This document shows, in pieces, positions 50,249-63,928 of a stretch of 64,000 nucleotides of DNA (position 1 is the first letter of the stretch; each line of letters starts with the position of its first letter). The stretch comes from Marsupella aquatica (lineage: Eukaryota > Plantae > Marchantiophyta). Under the pieces are notes generated by a model that saw only the letters and a program-made list of their open reading frames with translations, did not search any database and was not told the origin of the DNA. The stretch lies in the NCBI GenBank assembly GCA_973895155.1, contig OZ316893.1, positions 9,425,839-9,489,838 of the forward strand. Direction: 5' to 3'. The translations under genes were made by a program, and so were the position numbers.

Positions 50249-53200
50249 GTCGAAGGTGATCACTTCGTTTGTGCATTGTGATTTCTTTGTGTTGTCTGGT
50301 CTGGCATTGCGTTGTGGTGTGCCTTTGTGCTGTTGCGTGGCTTTGTACTGTGGCCAGCTGCCTCGAGCTCCTTCAGCGAGTTGGCAATTGTTTATGCCTT
50401 TCCGAGCACCAGCATACATCGTGGGCAGGGCACAACTGAGGACCATGTCGGGAGAGGATGGACTCTGGATGTCGATGGACTGTCTCGAGTTTCTTGTTGT
50501 CGTGGCTGATTATTGTCGCTGGGAAGGAGATTTGAGCCGCTAATTCCACCTCATGCATGCTCATTGCAAATATATCGGAGAAGCTCTACCTTTACGCTTT
50601 TGGAAGTGCTGGTGGTTGGTGCAAGATGTACAGAGTGTACTATTATTACTTTAGTGATTATTATCGGATTGCTTTTCGTGCTATCGCATGGCCAGGAGTG
50701 GGGAGGGAGGTGAGGGGAGGGAGTATTGGATTGGCACCTGACATTGGGGCCGCTGGCATCTGAAATATCGAACCCGCTGCTTGACAGTATTGGCTCCCGC
50801 TGGGACTGCAACTTCGTCCTTCGTCAACAACTGCGCCTCCTCTTCTTTAAGTCGGCCACATGAAGCAGGAAAAAAAGGATCTCCGGAGTGTCCGTTCATC
50901 ATATCAAATTCCGGATTCATAGTGTCAACCGCAGTCTACACGATGCGCTCCTCTTGACGACTGTCTCTACCTCCACTTTTGTTCAGGGCAGGAAATTGTG
51001 TTTACAGTTCTGTTATCATGGGGTAGAGATCTACTCCACGGCAGGACACAGTGCACTCCACTGCACCACGACGCCAACAGCAGGAACGGTCGAGCGATTC
51101 CGTGGTAGAAACATGGGTGAGTGGGACTGTCTACGTCAACGCTAATGTAATGCCCGATGGAGTGTCCAAATAAGAATCACGGGATGGACTGCAGAATACA
51201 ATAAATGTTTCCTGACGTCATGATGCGATTCTTAGATTGTATGTTCGAAATCCACAGGAATGATCTTGATCGTGCAGCGCACCAGCGTACGTCCTTGCCT
51301 GGAGCAAGAGTACGTGGAGAAGAGTATCAGATATTCAAATTAGTAACATGTCGTCCGCCTGGATCTATCCTGTCTTTTGTCACCTCCTCCTCTCATACAG
51401 AGCCGTGGTGCTCTCTAAACTCTGGATAGCCTGCCAATCGATGTCGAATCGGTTCTGAACAACAACCACATTACTAGATTATGTTCCGAAACCAACACCG
51501 ATGTGGATTCAACGTGCAAATTCAGGTGGTGTCTCGGTGCCCTTTCCATGTAAATCTCACCATCCTAACGAATCACTGGTTGGATAACTCACAAAACTTC
51601 ACCGATTTGAATTTAATGTGCAAGCTACTGATCGATCCCATTGTGCTGCAGCAAATGAACTACGCATCAGCGTGGTCTTCTTATCAATTACCTTTGGCAG
51701 GGATGATTATAAAGCGTAACAAGGTGAGCAATTTGAATAAAGTTCCGGTAATGCACAGAACTACCGACAGAAAAGCAATGCAGAGTCAACTATGGGGAAC
51801 CCTAAACGTTTCTCCGCTCAGAATGCTTAATCAGGCCTGAGGACTGATTTCGTCCTACTTAAGCTCAATCAGCAAACGCTACCTGCTATTCATATCCGTG
51901 TTCATGTCTGCTTTCACCAGTTTTATGTACTTCTCTTAGAGAAAGTAGCCACAGGGCATGTACAGGACAATTTGGAGTTGTGCTTCAGGACAAGCGTTGC
52001 ACATGTGCGCTTGAAGACGACGAGAAGGAGCAGTGACCATCCTTTTCTCGAAATGGAATTGTCGCGGGATCAATGAACAAGACGACCGTTGAAATTTACG
52101 ATCAGAGAAGTTATTACAGAGGACGGTGGATTCTTGAACGTACGTGAAGTTTCTTTGTTTGTATGATTGGCGCATATGAAGAAGGCGAAGCGAGGCTAGC
52201 CGCGGCGTCGCCATGCGGAGAAGAATCAGACCGATGGAACCGATGGAGCATGGTCTGGCACTGACAAATCGATAGCCAGCGTAGCGTCATAAAATTGTCG
52301 ATCCGAGCATTTGACGTCTCCCTTTTCTTCTGCGAGCTACCGCTCGGCCGGGAGGTAAGGGATGAAAAATCGATTAGGCCCTTCCCTCCATCGACCCCGC
52401 CGGCCGGTACGATTCCCTCTCACAGGACTTGCAAAGTGCGAACTCGAGGTGAAGCAGTTTTGATGTTTGTTGGAAGAGTCCTGCGGGACAAAATGTTGTT
52501 GAAAACTCAGCGTGGCAGGCAGATAGATTGCACTGCTGGCTGGCGGAACCCGCCAGCGGGCAAGCCAGTCAGCCCGCCATTAGCAGGCAGGCAGACAGTA
52601 TGTAACCTGTTCATGCCTTGAAGATTCTGCCGCATGGCTCATTAATAATCTCGCTACTAGTCACCGTGCATGCCTGCATGCCTCCCATGCAGACTGATCA
52701 GAACCTCAACAACCTATCTGGCTTTAATCAAACTTTGTCATACCTGCTCCAATTTGTCAACAGTAAATACGGAAATGTACATCTCAATATGCACAGGATG
52801 TCAGGCAGGATAATTGTCATTCGGCTCCAGAACAAAGTGATGTCCGCACAACAAAGATAGACAGTTTCGTATGTGTGCTTATACCGACAGAGTACACGAG
52901 TCCACTATACCCATCAAGGACACCAATCACCTCCAACACTTGTTTAAAGTGAGTCACCAAGAGAACAGAGAACTCAAGGAAGCGTGAGCAATTGAATGTC
53001 GTTATCAGACAGCTTGAGATCCTCGACGAAGGCGAAGGAAACAAAGAGCGAGTCTCAACCTGGATGTCTCCTTACCGGGTCTACCCACACCTTACCAAGC
53101 TGATATTGTACAGCGAATATTGTACAGAGTTCTTACAATCTGGACATTGAGTTCACACTTACTTTGAATCCTTCCTGGAGAAATCGAGGCAGTTCAAAGT

Positions 53201-54949
53201 TTGGTTTGATTTTAAGAACTGATATAATGCCTAATGTTAATTCAAGCTCATGTACTTGCTCAGGTATGATTAGCGTCGAAGAAAAGACGGAAAGCTCTGG
53301 CCTTACAGCAATGAATTCTCTTTTGGGCTTAATCGCTGACTCACAAACTGAACTGAACTGGCTACTCATGTTAAACCACGATTGAGCTTCATCGCGTGTA
53401 AACTGGTGATTTAACACAAATCTCGCCATAAATTCAGTGAGGTGTAATCCTTTCTGTGGCGCATTACTTTACGTTGGCTCGTATTTGGCGCAACAAGATA
53501 GACGATTATTTACATCTGGCATGGCTGACGTGACTAAATGCATTCGAGTTTGAAGGCTTAGTGAGGTGCACAACCTGTTGAAGGTCACCTCCGCTGCCCA
53601 CCTGAATTGCAACAACAACTCCAGTCCACGTCAAGAATGGACTGGAGGAAACACTCATTGCAATCAGAATCCTGGCATCTTTTATTTTCAAATCTGCAGA
53701 TCCTCCGGCTGCTACCTCGCGGAGCACTACCTGATTGTGTAACGCGAGCAAAGGAGCCAACTCATCCGCACTGTCTTTACACGTTGAATACGTGTTATTG
53801 CAATAACGAATTTATGGCAACATTCCATTCAAAAGGGCTTGAAAAATGCATGCCAATACAGACTCAAAATTTGTTTCACAAGCTACCATTAGTGAACTTG
53901 ACTTTTTGAGACACTGCATTGAGAAATCGATTCGGGGACAAAAGATTCGGAAGTCGTGAGAATAACCTCGTTTTCTCTCCAGTTGTTAGTAGGAGAACAA
54001 GTCTCCACTGCACCTGGTTTATAGACGAAACTAGACACCTTAGTCGTTCTCCGCTGTAAGACTTGAAGACGTCTCGAATCTGGAATTTCTTCTTTGCCTT
54101 GACTGTGCCGTTCGGGATGGGCGCTTGAGAACAGACAACGAACTGATAATGAGCTCTCAAAGTCACCTACTTTCAGATACTAGACATAAAAGAACCACGA
54201 CACAACCTCTTGCCGCCTTTATTATCAACACATGCCAACATTACAAATCTTAGCACGGTACATTTGCTGAGAATGAAAGAAGACCAATAATGCTGCAATC
54301 TTAGGCCAAATATCTCTCACAACCACTTCGCTCATAAAAAATTGCTCAGTTCATAGGAATTGACATGGAAATCTCTGGACAGTCCTACTGATGATGAAAC
54401 TGCACTCCAAGGAACGACAACCTAAGTTTCTCCGTCCAACCAAGTTGCTTGGTGACTTCAGCAGTTTGATGCGCATGACCTCAAACCACCCAGACAGACC
54501 ATTCACAGCTTGTGCGAGAGCAGCACCATGATGAGGCAAGGTAGATCCAGTCCAAAGAGACAGATCAATAAACTGTCAAGACCCTTACTCGGTAAAGAAT
54601 AGGCCAAGGAGTTCCAATGACCTGTATACTCATCTACCTTACACTACTGCGTGCTCACAGGCCAACATTGCTCTAAAAGTTTAGGGCCAAAAGACTAGTA
54701 GTGAGCATTGTTATTTTTTGCCCGATCGTGACAAGTAAAGGCAGAAACAGACTCTTGCCATCCTTAGACCTGGAAGGTACATAATCCTTGAGACACAATA
54801 GATGGACCTTGTGACAACAAAGCTGCCACGAGGTCCCAGATATAGGCTCGCCAAAGGCATATTTTGAATCAAGCTGCTCAATTCATAGACCGAGCAGAAA
54901 ACTTCTTGAGGGTCATTTGATCGAGTTCTCCTCCAGTAAGCCCACCATT

Positions 54950-57900
54950 CTACTGAAATCTGCTGGCGACATGATCAAAACGAGGGACAGAATTCACTGC
55001 AAAAAAGACAAATATTTTAGCCTCTCTTCATCGTTACTTAACATTCTGGATGCAGAACAAGCAGACATTGAAATGTAAGCAAATGAGAAAGCTAGAAAAT
55101 TGAAAAGATGTCACATACCATCACCCCAAGAAGCCATTGTAAGAGGCGTGGATATAATCTTCTGAGATATCGATGTTATATCTTTTAATGTTAGAGCTTG
55201 TACTCCGGCGATGAACTCCTCAAGTGGCTTCCTGCGGCGTGATCAGCTGGAATTTTAATAAAAATATTCGTAAACTGGAATTCATGCGTCTCTTCATAGA
55301 TACGATCGACAAACAGAACATGGATGTAAGACTTCAATCTTCACTAAAAGATGGTCCCGAAGGCGACTAATATTTTGGAAAAACAATTTAGTGTGAAAAA
55401 TTTCCAGATTTGTATAGAAGATCCTCCAGAGCGAAGATGGAATACACGCAAGAGCTGGAAGTCAAAGAAAGATATATGTTTAGAACATTCTAGCCACACA
55501 CACAGCAGTGAGACTCGTCCTCCTACCTATGGCCATAGGTGAGAATTTGACGTCCAATATCTTCGGCCACCACAACCTGTCAGGTTAAAATATGTAAAAA
55601 GGTTCTATATTAATTTTGAGCGATGGAGACAACACTTCTGGAGTGAAGTTTAACCTGTTGATGAACATTATCTAAGGAAGAAACTGATCAGAAATGTTTA
55701 ATTAGACTTCAAATATACAAAAACAAATTCCAACAACACTACTACCTTCGATGTTTGAAAAGGTGCTAAGAAATAAACTACAGGAAGAGGTTCAGTCTAA
55801 GTCATTAAAGCTGCAGTTTGTAACATAGTGATTTCCACAGTAGAAAACCATTACTGCAGCAAGACCTCGGCTACCTGAACAATAAGAACTGAGACGACCT
55901 TGAGGATTGGCATCGTCACGATGGTACTATATGGACCCCTAGGGGCATACCTATCTGGCGGAGGCTTGTAGACAGTGGAAGTTTAGGCTACAAATGCGAG
56001 AAGAGTTACCCGAGATTCAAGATTCATCAACACAGCTGATATTGTTGAATTCTTTGCTCGACTTAACTCAGCTTCAGTTACTGCCACAACACAAGTACAT
56101 TGGTAAGGTACTTCAGAGCTCTCAACAGGAGTTTGTCCCGGCAGAAAAATTCGAGCGTTCAGAAACCATACATTAAAAACCGTCTTAGAGTGTCTACCTT
56201 CCAAAGTGTTGTACACTAACTATTGTAAACTTGAATAAGGATCGATATTTTAACAAACCTCTCAGATTTATAGATCATAAAACTATTCAGCTAGAGATGG
56301 TATTTGAGAAGAACATTTACCTGATCCAGGTGTCGCAACCAAGGTAATTTCTGACGATGCGATATCCACTAGAGATGGCACAAAATCGGAGTCCTGTGGC
56401 AAGAATTGCTCAAATTACCAACACTACAAAGTTCCATGTCATTTTAAATATCTGCACTAAACTGACTCACTGTAGATCATGGTAGAAAGTATGATAGTAT
56501 TCACTACCAGCATATAACTGAAATCAAAGTCCTGGAAAATGGCTTACAGAAGTGCCATGGATGCCAAAAAGTCCAGTGTCATTGTAAATGCTGTTGAAAG
56601 CCGTGAACGAGTGGACTTCCTCATACTTGTTTAATACTCTGGAATCTGGAACAGATAAGGAATCACGAATCAGAAAATATTTCAAACCCTAAACCCTTAG
56701 CTTTTTCATTTGTGAATTATATGGTTTCTCCAGATGAGGAAAGAACAAACAGCAATAGGGATTCGACAAATATCATCTGATGTTAAGAACCTCATGAATC
56801 AGGAATCTCAATGTCCTTGAAGCAAGCATCCCCTATCTCCCTACAGAATTCAATATTTTCCCACGTGAGAGGACAATGCAGCAATATGATAGTTAAACAC
56901 TTACAAAGGCGGGAATACATGCCCTTTCCAGGACCACCGGCAGAAAAGGAACCTCCCCCTCCCAACAGAGTCTGTAATCCAGCAAGACGTCAGGTCATAC
57001 AATCTATGGGACTTGAAGATATCTCCATAAGCTGCATATTTTCTTTTTCTATTAGATTACTCTTGACGACCACGACGACCTTGACATTGAGCGCATACGA
57101 CTGAACTGCCACACCACCAACATTTGCAGACCTATAGCTATTGCAATTGAAGTCATGGAAAAGACTCGAAGGAGGGCATTTATCCACATGCAAAACAACC
57201 ACAAACATGGTTCAAGAGTGCGTTGATATGCAAACAACAGCACTTACAAGATGTAAAAACAACATCTTTCATTTCTATATTTTTCACTTTTATTTACTTC
57301 CTTGATATGAGGAATTTTGTGCGCGACGAACTTCAGAACTAGTACAGAAGGAAGATGAAATGTACAAAGAGAACGAGAGAAAGTAAAACGACGATTTTAT
57401 TTCTTACATACCTGCAAGACTGTCAGAGCATACATGTCCGCCTCATTTCTCCAGCCTCCCTTGACTTCAAAAGCAAGGGCAACATGTGTTCTCTGCGTAA
57501 GGGAGAAGGAAAAGTGAGGTTTGCTTTCAAGACTTCCTGAGGCTGGAAGACGCATTGGGTTCAAATAGTGCTACAATTCAAGAGCAGACACAGGACACCC
57601 GCCCTACTAGTTCAGCTATCCTTTAACTGTCAGCTTTAACACAACGTAGAGTCGATCTAGCTGGGACGAAGAACTCACTGGAGAGTCAGCTGCTTGCCGC
57701 CAGTCTCCACCCACATACTCCGATTTTGGTGCTGAAGGAGTGGGAACCGATGGCATGTCTGAAAGTAGGGGTTCAGCCACTGACATTAGCTCTTCATGAT
57801 CAACTCCTGATGCTGCCAGGACAATGCGTGGTGCAGTGTAATTATCCTGTCATCAGCACCACATCATCGTGTCACAATCTGAAGGCTGCATAGAATAACA

Positions 57901-59908
57901 GAGGTTGATCATGTAGAGCGTATGGTTCTTAGCATTTGGCTGACTTTCAAAAATTGCAAAAGCAAAAAATTCAAGATTGACTAAAAGAGACCAATTGAAT
58001 GAACCTCCACTAAGATTCACCCCACCTTCGGGAGAGTAATTAATTTAAAACTCACGGAATTTTATTTTGTCAACTAAGAGAAACCTAACACCGCTGGATG
58101 GAAATGATCACAAATTTCTTTTATATCCTTCTGGAAACGTAGAATTGAGCACCATCAGAGCTTAAAAAAAAGCACAGTCCCCCAAAATTATGGCAGGCAC
58201 CTGTTCACTCTAAGTATTATTAAATTTTACTCGGTAACAGGTTCGATCCTAGTTTCGTCAGACTCTTCCCTGTCAGTATGCTGGAAACTTCCGGAGGACC
58301 CCAAAAGGTCCGATTAGATCTCCCTCGTGGCGTGGAAAAGTAGAAAATTGGTGTCGAGGCACTTACAGCAACAAATTCAGCGAGCTTGTTTCCATCCAAG
58401 TTGGCCAGCGCAGATTCAGGTGCCAGTAGAGGATGACCTAATGCACCGCCGTAGCCAGCTGAATGTAGGGCTTCCAGCAAGAGGCTTTGTGGATTATTGG
58501 CCACCTCAGCAATTTCTGCCTTGACTTTGTGTAGCTGTTACATACAAGGATTGGGGACAGTACACACTTAGAAATTAAGCTATAAAAACGAAGTGAGCAC
58601 TGCTCAAAGGGCGGCTGAAAGCGCTAACCAAATACGTAACCTAATTTGAGTTGAATGAATCACATTGAATCTATTCACGAGAACATATCTCTTCCTGAAA
58701 TTGACAAGTGGCAGTACCTGTTCCTTGACTTCCCAATCATGGAAGAGAGGATTTCGAATACTGTCAATTAGAAGCTCAACCATTTCAGGCATGTACGTCT
58801 TCACTACATCACCGGTGTAAGCCATCTGCTCCCTTGATGCATTGGCAAGAATATTACCGCCTATAGCTTCTACTTCACGGACAAGGCGAAAATGAGTTCG
58901 ATTGGCGGTGGTTTTGAATGCCATCCGCTCCAGCAAGTGCGTGACTCCACATGTCTGGGGGGTCTCGTAGATTGATCCGGAATCGATATAAATTCCAATT
59001 GTTGAAGAAGGTCCCTGTTGACAAATAATCGTTTATACCAAACTTTTCAGAAAAGCTTTATTCTTCATCGTTCCGAAACATCTCTGGAAGACATGCATGC
59101 ATGGCGATTCACCATACATGGTAACATGCGAGAGGGCCATTTTGGTCAGCTTTGCCATTTTTGCGAGTTTTGCCGCTTTCCACCAGATGATGCAAATTGG
59201 CGAGGGTCCAGTGACGGTTCAAGACACGACGAAGATGAAATACGTACCGGAGTGTCCTCTGATGCGATCTGGAGACCATTCGCAAGTTTTGTTATTTTCG
59301 TTACGGCAGCCGGAGCTTCATCTGGCAGACTAGGCACCAGTTGCACCCCTGGCAAAGACTCGTACAGTGGGGGCACAGAGGAGGTTTCTCCGAGGAACCA
59401 TGACAGTATTCCTCCAGAAGAAGGCTTTGTTACGACTGCTGAAGTTGCTGACCTGTTCTGAATTGCACTGGTTCTGACCTCTCTTTGCTGCAGCCTCCTC
59501 GACAACTGCAAACCACACCACACCACGCGACATTCAAACTCCTCGCAGCAATGTCTCTTCTATTAGCTGCCTACTTTGCCCTAACCTGCCCAACTCTCCC
59601 CAGTCCGATGTGACAAAGACTGTTCTCTCAACAGCAAAACCTATTTCTCTCCAGCGTCAACACAAAACTTGAAAAACCGCTAGCCTTTCAAATCAGATCC
59701 CTCGCACTGACCGATATTGCCCCGGCTTCAAAATGCGAAGAAAGCAGCTCTAGTTCACCAGCCGCTACAAAAATCAAGAAATGTGCCCTCCCATCAAATA
59801 ACTAATTCATCGCTTGACTAGCTCATTGATGCATTGATTTGTTTATTCGTTGCTAGGGCATTCATTTACCTTGGCGGTAAGGCCTTGCCGTAATTTGGAT
59901 CTCAGCAT
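54950..59908 (-). CDS. MPPA: Mitochondrial processing peptidase alpha subunit (M16 family), 13 exons
   Basis: ATG 59908 ([13 protein letters not shown]), [48 protein letters not shown], Gly-rich loop [56 protein letters not shown], stop at 54950. Canonical GT-AG sites at the exon ends checked. Confidence 0.97.
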
Positions 59909-60185
59909 CTTGCTCCTCGCTTGCTGAACAGCAGCAGCCCAAGTTCCTCTGCGTCCTCGGGAATGATCAATCAATCAATCGATCGGTCGATCGTTCGAGC
60001 CAGATCAGGAGGCAGACAAAGCACCGAACGAAGGAGGATGCAATTCCAATTGGAGAGCAAAGGCGAGGAGGGGAGAGCAGTGTGGTGGGGTTCGGTGTGT
60101 CCAGTCCCGACAGTGGAAGAGAAGGGAACACAGCTCAAACCAAAAGTGGCAGAGGCGGAGAAGAGAACAAAAAGAGATCGTGGGA

Positions 60186-60306
60186 CAAGAGGGACTTTGC
60201 CAATACCAACCATTCTTTCCCTCCTGCCTACACTAATCAAAATGAACAAGAGGGACTTTGCCAATACCCACCATTCTTTCCCTCTAGCCTACACTAATCA
60301 AAATGA
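60186..60306. repeat. Tandem duplication of about 61 bp
   Basis: acaagagggactttgccaatacc.accattctttccctc..gcctacactaatcaaaatga occurs twice. Confidence 0.9.
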
Positions 60307-60661
60307 AGCCCGGATAGACCTCTAGGTTTGTCAAAATGCTCCCATGTATTTTTGCAACTCAGATGGACCCCATTGGACTCACAATGTGACAGGGAATTTT
60401 CCCAATTAGTCCATGCCAATTGTACCGTCCATGGGAGCATCATTTTCCTACACTAATAGTTTCCAGGTTTTTATTTTGAAATACTTTGCCTAATACTAAG
60501 AAAATGATGCTCCCATGGACGGTACACAAAACCCACACAATCAGGATGGACTAATTGGGAATATACCCTGTCACATTGTGAGTACAATGGGGTACATCTG
60601 AATTGCAAAAATCCATGGGAGCATTTTGACAAACCTAGAGGTCTATCCCGGCTTCATTTTG
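60299..60661. mobile_element. Foldback MITE-like element, about 363 bp
   Basis: Arms of about 115 bp (caaaatgaagcccggatagacctctaggtttgtcaaaatgctcccatg... and its reverse complement ending 60661) plus an inner stem gtaccgtccatgggagcatcatttt / aaaatgatgctcccatggacggtac; ctaat on both flanks. Confidence 0.88.
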
Positions 60662-61136
60662 CTAATGCTAAAGAGGTACTAATTGACAATATTGCCCATT
60701 TTTTTTGGTATAGATGTATTAATTGACAATATTGCCACTTATGTTGTACTTACAAATATGTAAGGGTTTTGTATGTGGACTAAAAGTTCACCAACGTTAT
60801 CATATACAAAAAACTGAGTACTATTGTATATACAACCGAAACAATGGCAAGATCGAAATAATGGTAAGATTGTAATTGGAACATCTTTAGTAACAAGGTA
60901 CTCAAATGATGATGTTTTTCTTTCTGGCCAGGGTGGCAAGTGTGAATGTCACCTTGTGTGAAAGAGAAGATGTTAAGAGCATTGTTTATCTGATTTCATA
61001 GATAAGTTTTCTGACCGGTAGAATTCCTGGGATATTAGGATAACCTCGGGAATTTGGAAGGCTTTTCAGTCAGGTGCAATCTAGGGAATTTTTGGCACTT
61101 AAAAAAAAGCTGCTTCCCTCTGCACTATGGTGCACT

Positions 61137-61400
61137 TGTACTCTCTTGAGGAGAAATGTCAGTGCATGGAGATGGCAAAGCCCCACCCCCAAGAAACAAA
61201 AGGGTCATCTAATTGGTGCAGTCTTATGAGGGTGGTTTCCCAAGTAGTTGAGGGCATTTGTGACTTTTTCCCACCAAAGCAAACTATTATTTGACTAGGT
61301 GTACACTCTTGAGGAGATAGAAATGGCAAGGCCTCACCCCAAGCAACAGAACGGTGCTCTCATTGGTGCTGTCCTTTGAGGGTGGTTGTCCAAGAAGTTT
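61137..61400. repeat. Diverged direct duplication of about 100 bp
   Basis: tgtac.ctcttgaggaga...atggcaa.gcc.cacccc.aag.aaca...attggtgc.gtc.t.tgagggtggtt..ccaag.agtt near 61137 and 61300. Confidence 0.75.
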
Positions 61401-62113
61401 CCCTCACCTTGCAAAAACAGGGATAGGGGTTGGCAAAGAGGGTGAATGTACAGCTACAGTATCTGTAGTCCATTTAGTTTCCAGACAAATAGTCTCTACT
61501 AACTTGCTTAAATTTCCAGTTCTCATAAAGTGCAAGGATAGAACACCCAAATCTGCATGGACCAATTGGAGTCCTTAGGTCAAGCATTGTGGTGCATCCA
61601 AGCATCAACTTCAACACTTTGCACATCTAGCCCTTTGCCATGGTTTTCCCATTCAATTTGGGGTTGAACATAGTAGGTTTCAGGTAGTTGCAACTAGTAG
61701 GTCTAAATGTTTTGGTAATCCTGATTGCAAAATGTAGCGCCTTAGGAGATAGAGGAATTGTACAGTGCGAGGAAACAGGAGATTTTGCTAGCGAGGCAAC
61801 ATTGTTAGCGAAGCATTCTGGCGGATAAATTTCTCACATTCCACGAAAACAATGCCAAAACAGTCTCAGTTTTCCACCTCTTACAATAATGAAAAGAATA
61901 TGACAATGAAAAATCCTGCATGATTTTCATAAGTATTCCATACTTGAGCCACACACGTTTTAATCATCTAAAAAGGATCACCAAAACTAGAAACTCCCAT
62001 CAAAATATGGAACCTCTTTACATTGAAAGTGTGGATCGCCAACAACTTCAAGACAGAAAAACGGTAAGAGTCGACCTCGACCAGTACATCCAGTCCTACT
62101 TCCTCTTACTTGT

Positions 62114-62551
62114 TCAGTCATAAACTTCATCCTCTGATTCATCAGAGATGTCACTACTACTAGGATCGCTACTGGTCTCCCTCTCCGTGGACTCGGCAGA
62201 CTCATCTAAATACTGACGGACTGTCCCCGCCTCATTGTCAATAAACCTTGAACAATCCAGATATCTTCGAGCACCTCTCATGGACCGAAGTCCTTTCGCC
62301 TCCCAAGTCAAGACAACAGGATCTTCATCAACCTGCCTCGCCGATGTCTCAGCATAGCACGGAAGAGTAAAAGGCTTCTCAGGAGTAACCACAATGGACT
62401 CCTGGACTTCCCTCCGAAGACGAAATCTCTCCTCAGAAAACCAATCCACCCTCCTATCACTGACGCAACCACCGACATCAGTTGACGAAGAGCAACAAAA
62501 TAAAGAAAACAAAAGAAACCAAATAGGGAGTCCGACATCAGAAGAGGCCAA
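62114..62551 (-). other. Acidic-tailed ORF downstream of the methyltransferase-like gene, unknown function
   Basis: 145-codon open frame without a clear ATG, containing SRFIDNEAG and a D/E/S-rich end. Confidence 0.3.
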
Positions 62552-62556
62552 GTACT

Positions 62557-63928
62557 TTACTCCAGGTCGAATTCGTCTTTCTCGCTTGAAGGCCCAGCCT
62601 GTTCATCCCCTGGAATCGTGAACTCATCATCCGACCCAGCGTCTTGATTAACCTTGGCTGGCTGATCCCTAATCTGTTTTGCCTTGCTCGAATGCCTCGC
62701 CAGAACACTGTTTAAAGTTTTTTCTGCACAGCAATGGAGAATGTCCCTGTCTTCAACACCGACAACAAATCTCCCGGAGAATTCTCCGGCAGAAAACGAG
62801 CTACGGTCACACACAGTCCAGTCAAGGACTATATCTTTGGGCTTCGTGAGGAATTCCATCACGGCTTGCATGAACCCAATTGAAAGCCTTTTCGATCCAG
62901 CAACAGCCGCTTCTGGACAGGGGTCAGTCTTAGGGTAACAAACACTCAACATTGACTTATGTCTTGCATCTTCCGAAGATGTCAATGGAACATACGCTGG
63001 GTCTTTAGGAATCTTTGCACTAAATTCCACCCGACAAAAAACATCCAGGATGAGAGTGCACACCTGCATAAAAACCAAAATACATCAGAAACAATGCTAA
63101 CTTTGTTAGCGAGCTCGCTAGCATTAACTTAGTCGGAAAATAGAAAATTAACACCTAAAGAAGATATGTTTGGTAGATAAAACTTATAATTTTGTTAGCG
63201 ACATCGCTAGCATTAAAACTCTCAAGAAATTTAAGGGATAACTACCTCAATATCCATATCTGCCCTCCATAAAGGGGTGGACAACAAAACGGTATATTGC
63301 TGCACATGTTTGAATTTGTTTTTTTGCTCGACTGCCGTAAATATTTGCCTCATGTGATTGAAGTCTGAGCTGTGCAAGACAGCAACATATCCGTCGTCTG
63401 AAAGCATTGGTCTCATCACTCCAAAAAAATAATATGGGAGTTTCTCGCTCCAAACATTCCAAGACGGAACCTGTTTGTCTGTAACGCTTGTTCTATGCCC
63501 AGTTGGAAGAGAAATGAATCCCAAATGTGCTCCAATCCCAGCATAAGGCTTTCCATTAATTACGACATGGTTTGGGCACTCTACGCTCTTTGACATCCGA
63601 GTAATCCATCGATCTCCATCTCCCATCCAAGATGGCCTCACTTTACTTACACTAATTGAGTTTGCAGTATTGGTCAAATTGCTACGAGCCAGGAAATGTC
63701 ACTGCCCATCCATCTTCAAACCACACATCCGAGCAACACCTTGAGCAACTGAAACTTCCTCATCGTCCGAATCTGAAAGAATCTGGATGTTCCGCTTCCG
63801 TTTCAAACATTTTATACTTCCTAAATCCACTGCGCTCTTTATTGTGACTTCGGCATCTGGGGACTGAGGTTCCTCACCATCATCTGCTCCACTCTTCAAA
63901 CTCTCAGAAGCCGCTCCCTTCCTCCTCT
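62557..63928 (-). pseudogene. Degenerate N4-cytosine/N6-adenine DNA methyltransferase-like gene, 3' exons (5' part beyond window)
   Basis: Exon 63928-63246 (one TGA at 63699-63701) has AHLGFISLPTG...PSWNVW...FFGVMRPMLSDDGYVAVLH. Exon 63063-62557 has KRLSIGFMQAVMEFLTKPKDIVLDWTVCDRSSFSAGEFSGRFVVGVEDRD, which aligns by eye to KP..L...LI...S.PGD.VLDPF.GSGTT..AA...GR..IG.E. Motif order IV then X-I-II is the beta-class layout. The intron joins in phase 0. Confidence 0.62.

Noticed and set aside
50681-52251. Possible minus-strand gene (short ORFs and some splice-like sites)
   Set aside because: Could not assemble a consistent reading frame; may be UTR or lncRNA, but is unsupported.
55523-55541. Perfect palindrome acctatggccataggt
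   Set aside because: Formed by the coding end of an MPP-alpha exon plus its donor site; likely chance.
56683-56697. aaaccctaaaccct telomere-like repeat (also near 1073)
   Set aside because: Only two units; common telo-box-like word, not an interstitial telomere.
59018-59461. 147-aa plus-strand ORF
   Set aside because: Antisense to MPP-alpha exon 2.
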